Source: Zygnema circumcarinatum SAG 698-1b
Lineage: Eukaryota > Plantae > Zygnematophyceae
NCBI GenBank assembly: GCA_037447605.1
Contig: CM074815.1
Location: forward strand, 2,108,001-2,172,000
Direction: 5' to 3'
Length of the DNA: 64,000 nt
Shown: positions 49,146 through 60,323 of the stretch, one piece after another
How the letters are laid out: every line of letters starts with the position of its first letter
Position numbering within the stretch: the stretch's first letter is position 1
Notes under the pieces: generated by a model
The model's database searches: none
Seen by the model: only the letters and a program-made list of their open reading frames with translations
What the model was told of the DNA's origin: nothing
Translations under genes and position numbers: made by a program

Positions 49146-51165
49146 ATGGCGGTGGAGAACGTGGAAGAGTCCAAGGGGCGGGTCACAGTTTTTTCAATTT
49201 CGGGCTGCCCGCATTGCAAGGCTGCCAAGACCCTTCTAAAGAAGAAGGTTCTCCCTCCCTCTCTCTGTATCTCCTTTTCTCGCTATCCCTCTCACTCTCT
49301 CCATCTGGCGAAAGCGTATTTCTCTCTCTCCGTCCACCCCACTCTCACACCCTCTCTCTGTCACACACCCTCTCTCTCTCTACCCTTCTCCTTCTCACAC
49401 TCTGACATGAAATTTTTACCTGCATTCCACTCCATCATTGATCTACTGTACATACCTCTCCCCTACTACTTCTCGCTCCCTTACTCCCTCTCCTCCCTCT
49501 CTACCCTCTTCTCCCCCTTCTCCCTCTCCTCCCTTTCCTCCCTCTCCTCCCTCTCCTCCCTCTCCTCCCTCTCCTCCCTCTCCTCCCTCTCCTCCCTCTC
49601 CTCCCTCTCCTCCCTCTCCTCCCTCTCCTCCCACTCCTCCCTCTCCTCCCTCTCCTCCCTCTCCTCCCTCTCCTCCCTCTCCTCCCTCTCCTCCCTCTCC
49701 TCCCTCTCCTCCCTCTCCTCCCTCTCCTCCCTCTCCTCCCTCTTCTCCCTCTTCTCCCTCTTCTCCCTCTTCTCCCTCTCCGCCCTCTCCTCCCCTTCCT
49801 GCCGCTCCTCCCTCTCCCTCTCCTCCCTCTCCACCCTCTCCTCGCGCTTCTCCCTCTCCTCCCTCTCCTCCCTTCCTCTCCTCCCTCTCCTTCCTTACTC
49901 CCGCTCCCCTTTATTTTTTCCTTTCCTCTTTTCAGGGCGCTCACTACGTGGAGATCAACCTCGACGTGTACCCCGAGAGGCGCGCAGAAGTGCAGGAGCG
50001 GAGCAAAAAGACCTCCGCCCCTCAAATCTTCTTCAACGACGAATATGTCGGAGGAAACGATGCGCTCCAAGCGCTTGAAGCCGCCGGAACACTCGATGCC
50101 AAATTAAAGGTAAAAACATAAGCCCTACTAAAAGGCGCAAATTCGAGGTAGAAAACAAACGTTTCTGCGAGGAGGCTCGTCGTTTTGTGACGTCAGCAAA
50201 CTAAAACCAGACCGGTTTATGATGTCAGTATTGGTTGGTTTTTGGGTTCAGTGGGTTTCTGAGACGCCCGCGCCGCCGTCTGCTCCGGCGCCGCCGGCTG
50301 CCAAAGAGGGGGCGGGGGAGGGGGAGGTTCAGACTTTGGAAAAGCGAGATGAGTATGCGGATTTGATGGGGCGGTTGAAACAAGCAGTGAAGGTTTCCGA
50401 TCATTTCGTGTTCCCCCAGATTCACAAAAACTGTTTCAAGGGCGCCGAAGCAATTACTTTTCTTGCGACTGATCAGAAAATTAGTCAGACTGAGGTGAGC
50501 TTCCTGCTGGAAATTCAGTCTCAATGCTGTCGTTTGGGTGGGTACGGCGAAGGAGGATGGGGAAGGGGTTGAATGTTGTGATTGTGGAGGACAAATACCT
50601 TTGAATTTAGGAGACAATGCCTCCAATTGTAGGGGAAATTCCTTCCATTCTACGCTTGATTCGAGGGAGGAATCCTTCAATTTTAGTAATAAAATCTCCT
50701 TCTCTCCCTCCCACATTTCTTGCTCATGCAGGCAGCCACCTTGGCCCAGAAGCTTCTCGATAAGCACTTCTTTCGCAGTGTGACTGGGTACGGCCCTTCT
50801 CCTCCCCTCTTACCCCCTCCCTCCATGCCTTACCTTTTCTAACCATACGTCTCCTGCCTTGACCCATCTTGACCCATCTTGACCCATCTTGACCCATCTT
50901 GACCCCATATCCTATCTTGCAGGGATTCGAGCAAGGTGGAAGGTTCGGGCCTTTACCGCTTCCTGGAGGACCGCATGGCTCTCATGAAGCACCGCTGCCT
51001 CAACTTCACCGGAAAAATCGACGCCGTTGAGCCGCCCCCCGCGACGGAGGTCGCCGATCAGCTCCGCCGCCTCATTCTCGCCATCTACGACGAGTTCCTC
51101 TCCGACGACGGGAGAGGAGTCGACTACAAAGGCATCGCCACAGCCGAGTCGTTCCGGAGGTGCTC

Positions 51166-51226
<61 letters not shown>

Positions 51227-51242
51227 TTCTCTCTCTCTCTTT

Positions 51243-51284
<42 letters not shown>

Positions 51285-52333
51285 CTCTCTCACTCTCTCC
51301 CTCTCCCTCTGTCGCCCCCCTCTCTTTCACTCCCTCTCTCTCTCTCTCTCTTTCGCTTCCTTCTTATATTTGTCAAGTTTAACAAATCTTGCTTTAATTT
51401 AGCCTACCGGCCTGACCAATGTTTGTGGGACCATTGATTATTAACCAGGTATAAGGTGAAGGCGGAGACACTCCAGCGTGTGAATCTCACGTCTTTGAGT
51501 CGCGAGGAGAAGCTCGCATTCTTCATTAACATTTACAACGCGCTGGTCATTCATGCCACCGTCGATGCGGGAAGCGGTCCCGAGAGTGCTCTTCAGCGCA
51601 AAGTTTTCTTCACCGACTACACCTACCTCATCGGAGGTCTCACATTTTCACTCTCAGAAATGGAAAATGGCGTTCTGCGAGCGAATCGCCGCCCTCCCTA
51701 TGCCCTCAGTAAGCCATTTGGGGCAAATGATGAGCGCGCGAAGGTACCCCACTTAGCTCCAAAACCCATCCAACCCTTTCCTTTTCCTTTCCCTCAAAAA
51801 CTTCGAGTCGAGAACAACGTCCCTTTGCTTCCTTCCCTTCCCTTAACCTTCAAACCGAAAGCCAACTGCGAAGATGCCTTGACCGATCCTTCCCTCCTTT
51901 CCCTTTTTTTTCTCCTTTTTTTTTTTTTTTTTCTCTTTGTCTCTCTTTTTTTTTTTTTTTCTCCTTTTCATTGCAGGTGGCCCTTAAGGAGCACGAGCCG
52001 CTTATTCACTTCGCACTCGTATGCGGCGCAAAGTCGTGCCCTCCCATTAAGACGTACAAGCCGGAGGGGGTCGACGAGGCCCTCAGAACGGCGGCTCGTT
52101 CCTTCTTTGAAGCGGGAGGTATTGTGGTCGACGTAGAGGCGAAGAGCGTCACTCTGAGCAAGATTCTGTATTGGTATCATGGCGACTTTGGCAGCTCAGA
52201 TGAGGAGATGCTGAAGTGGATCAGTGAGGTGATGGAGGAGGGAGAGAAGGCAAAGCTTTTGGACCTCCTTGCGAAGGGCAGTGTGAAGGTGGCGTACATG
52301 CCTTATGATTGGTCGGCAAATAGCAAACATTGA
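49146..52333 (+). CDS. Glutaredoxin-DEP-DUF547 protein, 7 exons, ~487 aa
   Basis: Exons 49146-49247, 49936-50109, 50252-50494, 50732-50787, 50923-51159, 51449-51743 and 51977-52333 (1464 nt, in frame). Grx active site GCPHC plus SAPQIFFNDEYVGG; DEP-like NCFKGAEAITFL...KHFFR; DUF547 EKLAFFINIYNALVIH, ENGVLRANR, EPLIHFALVCGAKSCPP, YDWSAN. Confidence 0.93.
49490..49870 (+). repeat. Intronic (CTCTCCTCC)n 9-mer polypyrimidine minisatellite
   Basis: Long near-perfect array inside Grx intron 1 (49248-49935); it explains the spurious (SSL)n/(EER)n/(RRG)n ORFs. Confidence 0.9.
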
Positions 52334-53856
52334 GGAGGGATGTGGAGGGGACAGAATAAAGGAGGAGAGGGGAGAGAGAGAGAGGGAGAGAGAGAGAGGG
52401 GAGAGGAGAGGAGAGGAGAGGTGGAGAGGGGGGTAAAGTGTTTTCTGGGGGTGGTAGTTAGGATTGGGAGATTAAGTCTTAGTTAAGGGATGACCTTGGT
52501 TGTGTGGTCTTTGGTTGGAGACGTAAATAGGCAGCATAGGTGGTGAGGGCATGTGAATAGTTCAAACTTTTTGTTACGGATGGTTCTATGTAAATGCTTT
52601 TATGCGGATCGTGTAGGAGGGATACCCGCCAATGGCACCTGTCAATATTTGAATCTGTTGAAATATGAAGGAAGTAAAACCTCTTTGAGAGAGAGGCAAA
52701 CTCTGCGCTAAAAGGAGCGTTCAGATCATGCCGGCGGCGAGGGTTGAGATCAAGTATCGAATGATCACAAAACCAAGCACCGACTCTCATTGCCTTAATA
52801 TGATTTAAACAGAAGTTCAAAAGAAAAGAGAGGGAGACCAGAGAGAGAGAGAGAGGGAGGGAGAGAGGGAGAGAGAGAGAGAGAGACAGGGACCGTGGTG
52901 GGGTTAACCATGACTCTGTTGGTCGACACTATCCATGAACAACTCATGAAATAAGAAAGAAAGGTTCGCTTTCAGAATTCTTTCTCCAGTTCGTATCGCC
53001 TTCGCTCGCGCGGGCGTTCACATTCAACAGTCGTACGGAAATTCTAAAAGTGTTCTAAAACTTTAAAACTTCTGGATATTAGAACGTTCGAATACTAAAA
53101 TCTGAAACTCTAAAAAGTCCCTTGTACAGACTTTTTGCCGTCCCTAACAGGGAGCAACCGAGACTGTACGATGAGTCGACGACAAGCCGAGATTAACCCG
53201 AACCTTACAGATTCAAACCGAGACCGTACGAGCGGCAACCGATTCAGATCTTGCTCGAGCCATGTTCGGGCCGAGCCATGTTTGGCGCCGCGAGGCCGTT
53301 CTATGGCGGGCCCGCTCACGGGCTGTTGGCGTCGGGCTGGAACTGCGACATGGAGCCGCAACCGGATAGGCTGCAAACCCTGAATTGCGAACGCATGCAT
53401 GGAACCGAGCGCGAGGACGAAATTTTGGACCTCAGCGGCCCTCCCTCGTCCACTCCCACTCCCACTTCCTCTCCGTACCCCCTCCCTCTCGCTCCCTCTC
53501 CCTATCCCTCTCCCCCTCCCTCTCCCCCTCCCTCTCCCTCTCCCCCTTCCTCTCCTTCTTATCCCTCTTCCACTCCCTCTCCCCTCTCCCTCTCCCCCTC
53601 ACGAAGTCTTTCTCTCTCTCCTTCACTTTCTTTCAATCCATTCTCTCTCTCCCTTTTCATCCCTCTCCTCTCTCGCGCCTCTTTCCCTTCGCACAGATTT
53701 TCTCCTTCAAGTACGACAGTTTTCATTTCATCATAACCGCCAAATGTTTTACATCACCATCCAGCATCACTTCCGACGCTCTGTACATTAAATTGCACCC
53801 TGAAAGCATCACATTTCCACCCTCCCTTCCCAATTCCTTTCCCTCCCCACTCAGAC

Positions 53857-56800
53857 ATGGCTGCGATCCTCTCCACTCCTCCTCTCGAATCCTCCCTCTC
53901 CGCCTCTCCCAATGTCTCTCTGCCCACGTCTCTCTCTCATCTCTCCCGCCCCGATTCTCGCCATCACCATCCTAATCCTAACCCTAAAATCCCTAACCCT
54001 AGCACTACTCCAAACCCTAACCCTAATCTTAGTTCTAACCCTAACTCTACTTCCGCCCTTCTCTCCTATCTATCTCTCCTCCCTCTCCACACTCCCTCTC
54101 CCTCTCCCTCTCCCTCCCTCTCCCGCCCCCCTCGCCGCCCCTCCCCCTCCCCCTCCGCTACCACCACCCAGCCCTCCGCCCCCGGCAGCCGCGACCGCTC
54201 CCCTCTCTCCCTCTCCTCTCTCTCTGCCTCCCTCCCTTCTCTCGCCATCGCCCTCTTCTTCGGCGGCATCGGAGCCCTCGTGCAGTCCCTCTGCTCCGCT
54301 CTCCCTCCCGATTTCTGGCGCCGTTGGAAGCGCCTCTTTACTGAGCACGCCCCCATGGATCCCTCCATGCCCTTAGAGACGCGGCCCCCCACCACGATCT
54401 ACGACTGCCATGGAACCGTAATTGCCACCATTGGCCCCGGCGGGTTCAGTTCGCAGAAAGACCCGTCAAAGCCCGGGGCTCCGTTGCGGGCAACGGACAT
54501 TCCGGCGTACATGTGGCAGGCTGTGATTGCTTCGGAGGATCGGAGGTTTTTTGATCATCAGGGGTTCGACCCCAAGGGACTTACCAGGGCAGTGCTTTCG
54601 CTCGCCAGGACGGGGGGAGGGAGTACCATCACGCAACAGGTAGGGATTAGGGTTCAGGATTTAGGGGTCAGGGTTTAGGGTTGAGGGAGGGTTTTGGGTT
54701 CTGGGTCAAGGTTGTGGGGTTTGAGTGAAGGAAGGGTTTTGTGGAGGAAGGGGTAGGGGGTGGAGGAGGGAGAAGGAGGGGAGGGCCGGGAGGGGGGGGT
54801 GGGGGAGGGAGGGAGGGAGGGAGGGAGGGAGGGACTAGGTCTCTAGAGGGTTTAGTCTTATTATTGGTTTCGGGGTTTGGGGTTTGGGGCGTAGGGTTGA
54901 AGGTCTGACTCACGTTTTGCATGTGCAGTTGGTAAAGAATGTGTTTCTTAACAACGAGAGGAAATGGGCTCGGAAGCTGGCGGAGATTCTGCTGGCGATT
55001 TGGCTCGAGACGAAAATGTCGAAATGGGACATTTTACACCTTTACCTTAATAAGGTTGGTGCACTGTGGCATTTTTAGCATCATGTAATGTGTGTACATT
55101 AGCACTCGATTATTTGATCCTATGATGTGATTTCAGTTTTCAGTTCCGTAATCCTACGTAGTTTCATGATCAGTATAGGTTGGCTAGAATTATATTACTG
55201 GCCTTCTCTCTCTCTCTCACGCTCCCCCACTTCCTTTCTGTCTTCCTTAGCCATGTCAGCAAACAACACATAGAATTTCGTTTAGCGAACTCGCTTGGTC
55301 AGCCGCCCTTCACTTTACGATGACAAATGCAAGTAACCGCTGTTTCAGTTTAGTTAACGGAACTGGTATCCATGGAACCGCATTCTGCAGATTTATTGGG
55401 GCCATGGAGTTCACGGAATTGAGGCCGCCTCCTCTTTGTATTTTGGAAAACATCCGTCCGCTCTCACTCTCAGTGAATGCGCCATGCTGGCAGGAATCAT
55501 TCCTGCGCCGGAACTTCTCTCTCCTTACAGAGATCCTAGCAGGTTTCTCCCTCGTCCACCTCTCTCTCCTTCTCCCTTCTTCTCCCTCTCTCCCTCTCCC
55601 TTCTCCCACCCTCACCAGTCCCTCCGTTTCCCTCTCCCTTCTCTCTCTCTTCCACTTCTCCATCCATGCTCTCTCCCTCTCCCGTCTATCTCGCTCTTCC
55701 CCTTCTCCCTCCTCCTTCCTCTCTCCCTCTCTCTCCCTTTCCCCATCTGGCTTCTATCGCTCCACACACAAGGAAGCTTTCTCCTCCCATACTCCCCCAC
55801 CTCTCTAAGCAGCTACACCATAAACGGTTACGTTAAAAACAAATTTCCTCTGAATTCTACTTTGCTGCTGCCGAATTCGTCACTATAACCTAGTTTATGA
55901 TATACTTTTGATACTTGTTTTGTGATTCACAGGGGTCGTAAGCCGCAGGCCCGGGCCCTCCGCAGAATGGTCGAGGCGGGATTTTTGGATATGAAGACGG
56001 CGAAGGCGGCGATGCAGGAGCCTCTCGTCTTTGGCTCGGAGGGGAAGTCAGGGGCTTCGGGGCCGTGGAGGGCTCCGTACTTTGTCAGTGAGGTGAGGGC
56101 AGAGACAAGGAGTGGGAGCGGGAGTGGGAGAGGGCGAGGGAGAGGGAGAGGGAGAGGGAAAGGGAGAGGGTGAGGGAGAGGGAGGGGGAGAGGGAGAGGG
56201 AGAGGGAGATGGACTAGGAGAGGGAGTGAGCGAGGGAGGGAGCAAGGGAATAGGGGAGGAGGGGAGGAGGGAGGGAGGGAGGGAGGGAAGGGGAGGGGGA
56301 GAGGAGGGAGGGAGGGAGGGAGAGAGAGGAAATCTCATTAGGTTCCAGTTCAAATGTTCGTTACATTTTCGCTGCTGGTAAATGCTGTCTGACGCTCCAT
56401 CCTTTCGTTCATTTTTTGCGAAATCTTCGTGTTTGAACTTTCTCTTGCACGACTCATTTCTTGCTCAATGTGAAGATAATACTGTTTTCGATGGTCTTGT
56501 TGACGCAGGTGCTCTACGAGCTGAGCCAAAAGTACGGAAGAGAGGAGGTCCTTAGAGGAGGCTACCAGGTACCTTCCTTTTTCCAATAACTGCATTCGCT
56601 CTACCTTATTCCTTCTCTCTAATTTTAAAAGCCCCCCGAGCCCTGCTGCTGTTTATTTGTCCATCTCACTCGAAAGAATGCGCAGTGAAAGAGAAAGAGA
56701 AACGAGAGAGAATTGGGAAGAAACTCCAGTCGAGAACCCTTCAAGTCCCTGAAATCTCACAAGCTTTGGAAACCCCAAACCCTAGAACCCCTGAAGCCTT

Positions 56801-59800
56801 CCTCCTAATACCCTTCCCTTCTTTCTCTCCTCTTTCTTCTTCTCCCTTTCCCCCGGCCTATCCCTTCCCCTTCCGCTCTCTCTTTTTCTCCCTCTCCCCT
56901 CCCTCTTTCCCTCTCTCTCCCGCCTCGCTCGCTCCCTTCTCTCCTCCACTCTCCCTCCTTCTCCCCCCTGTTACTCCCATTCTTCCCCCTCTCCCTCACT
57001 GTCTGTTTCTCCTCCCCTGTCCCTCCCTCCCTCCCCCCCTCTCTTCCCCCCTTTGTCTCTCTCCCCCTTTCTCTACCCCTTTTTTTCTCTGCTCTTCTCC
57101 CCACCTCCCCCTTTCTCCCTCCGCCCTTCCTCCGCCCTCCCTCCCCTGCCTCTCCCTCCCCCTTTTTCCCTCGCCCTCCCTCCTCCCTCCCTCTCCCTCC
57201 CCCTCCCTCCCGCTTCTTCCCTCCGCCCTCCTTCCTCCGCCCTCTCTCCCCCTCTCCCCCACTCCCTCCGNNNNNNNNNNTCCCTCCCCCCCTGCAGGTC
57301 CACACCAGCCTCGACCTCCGCATGCAGGACGCCGCCGAGGCCGCCGTCCGCGAGCGCGCCCTCCTGTACGACCGCGAGCGGCGCGCGGCGGCGCAGCGCG
57401 GGGCGGAGGCCGCGGCCACGCGGCGGCAGGAGGTGGACCGCGACCAGAGGGAGAGCATCGCCGCCGCGCTGCAGGCCGCCGCGCTAAAACGGTCACTCAC
57501 TCGCTTTGACCCTGCTTGACCCTGCTTGACCCTCGTTGACCCTGGTTGACCCTGGTTCAGTTCGGTTCGGTTCGGTTCAGTAAGGTTCGGTTCGGTTCAG
57601 TAAGGCTCGGCTCGGTTTTGTTGTTCGGTTGGGTACGGTTCGGTTGCCGTTCAGTTTCGGTTGCGTCCCCCGTTCAGTGGTGCAGGTGAGTTGAGTTTTC
57701 ATCTCAGACCGTTTCTCTTTCTGTCGCACTCTCGCTTTCACTCACTCTCTTCCTTGTGCGGTGCAGGAGCGAAGAGTTGAGCAAACTTCTCGGAAGCGTG
57801 GACGTCTCCACGGATGCTTTTTATCCGAGGTATGTCCCCCATGGCTGAGAGGCCTCCTCTACCATCTCCCTCCCTCCGTCCTTCCCTTCCTCCCTCTCTT
57901 CCAATCTCCCTTCTGCCTTTATCTCTGTGCCCTCCCTTCCCCTTAGTCCCTCTCTCTCCGAAGTCAGCCTTGAAAACCATAATAGTCTCATAACCCCGAA
58001 ATCCCCGACAGCTGTATCGAAAACCGAAGAACTCAGGACCCCTCGAAATGCGCTTTTGGCATCACTCCGACGTAGTGTTTGTTTCTGAGAGAATCTATGA
58101 ATGAGATTTCATTAATATCTACTTTTTTGTATTGACAGTGTGGTGGAGGCGGCAGCCATGGTGGCCTATCAGGAGGACAACAAACTCATCCAAACTGTAG
58201 CGCAGAAATTCGCGAAGCAGTAATCCCGCACTCTCTCTCCTTCTCTCTCTTTTTTTCACAATCTCTCCCTCTTTCTCTTCCCCCTTCAAAGTGTTCAAAC
58301 TTCCAAACCTTGAAGCTTACATCCCTGACCTCTATACCTCGCAAACAGGGAGTTTCAGACCCTAAGCTAATGAAATCCGGAAGCCTTTCTTCAACTTTAA
58401 AATGTTACGACTTCCAAAAAACTCCGCATCTGAATCTCCTTGGACCCTGCAACCCTCAACCACACCCCCCTAGCCCCTTAACCCTAAACTCTATCCTAAA
58501 CCCTAATTTTGAGGACCTGCATGTAAAGTGAGAACGGAGGCTGAGGAGGGAGCAGGGCCAAGCACTGGGAGGAGGCGGAGCTCTCGTATCAGAAGGAGCT
58601 GCAGCAGTCCAAGCACGCCAGGTAGCTCTCTCTCTCTCTCTCTCCCTCTCCCTCCCTCTCCTTTCCTCTCCCGCCCTCTCTCCCTCTCTCCCCCCATTCC
58701 GCGAGTAACGACATCGTTTCCTATGACAAAGTTAACAAGCTGACCTACTGGAAAAGCGCATTCATTGATAAGTTTTGTTTCCTAAGCCCTAATGGTATCA
58801 TATTATTATTACACTATCAACATATTGTTATTAGCCTGTTACTGTAATGTAGATGCGATCATAATATCTTCTGAACGCTATTTTATGGAGCAGGCTGGAG
58901 GGTGCTCTGGTGGCTATGGACCCTCTCACGGGGGATGTGAGAGCGTTGGTGGGAGGGCGAGATTACTACGAAAGTAATTTCAACCGTGCCACGCAGGTCC
59001 GCACTGCTCCATGCAAAACCCTAAAACCCTAAAACCCTAAAGACTAATCCCGAAATCCTGCAGAGCTGCTTTCCCAGTGCGGGTTTTGATTAGGTCTAAA
59101 TGCAGGTTACAATCCCGGTTTCTGTTTAAGAATTCATTTTTTGTGGTAATTTAAGTTAGAGCTTCAATTTAGGATGCAGTAAATCGAGTTAAGCTAAGCA
59201 GTCAAATCTTAGTTAAATTTTTAGTTTTTGAGTGCAGGCGCTGCGGCCGCCCGGGTCAACGTTTAAGCCGGTCGTCTACTTGGCAGCTCTCGCAGCCGGA
59301 ATGTGCGTGTGGTGGAAGATGGGTCAGCGAGGGAGAGAGAGGGTGGGGAGGGGAAGGACGAGAGGAGAGAGAGAGAGGCGGGGAGAGAGGTCGAGAGGGA
59401 AGGAGAGGGGGGGAAGGAGGCGGGGACCGAGAGGGAGAGAGAGGTAGAGGGGGCGGAGAGGGAGTGGAGAGGAGGAGAGGGGGAGAGAGAAGAGGAGAGA
59501 GAAAGACGTAGGAGGGAGAGGGAATGGTTTCACGAATATTCTTCAGCTATTTTTGTCATCTCTTTCTCACCCTTTCTCTCGCCCTCTCCCTCTCCCTCTC
59601 TCTCTGTATACAGAGACAAGGACTACGTCCTACTGGACGAGCCCTACCAAGTCGACGAGTTTGTTCCTGAAAACTACGATCGCAAGTTTCGTGGGCAGGT
59701 GGGTGCCTCTCTATGTTGCCGTTCCGTCGGCTTCTTGCAGGTTTTTGAGTTTCGAGTTTTGAGATTTACACCTGCAATAAATGTGATTTTTGAGAGTTTT

Positions 59801-60082
59801 TTGATTCTTACAAACTTGAGAGTTTTTTTTTTCCTCTCCGAGGGCTATTTTGCTACCTTTGCAGGTGACTCTGGAGGAGTCTCTTGTGCGCTCTCTCAAC
59901 GTGCCCACTGTGAGGCTCTGTGCGGAGGTCGGGGTTGACAACGTGAGTCTTCTCTCTCCTCTCCCGCTCCCTCACTCTAACTCTCTCTCCCCACCGTCTT
60001 TGTCTCCCCTTCCCTTCTCGTCTCCACATTTCTTGTGTTGTAGGTAGTAAGCAGGCGCACTTCCTCCTCTGCCCAATCTTCT

Positions 60083-60164
<82 letters not shown>

Positions 60165-60240
60165 TGTGACTCTCGTTCCACGGGTCCCACAGGTATGCAG
60201 AATGGCCCGCGCCCTTGGCATCAAGACCGCTCTCCCACAC

Positions 60241-60323
<83 letters not shown>

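Noticed and set aside
49438-50121. Extensin-like (SPP)n, (EER)n and (RRG)n ORFs
   Set aside because: All are translations of the intronic 9-mer minisatellite in Grx intron 1.
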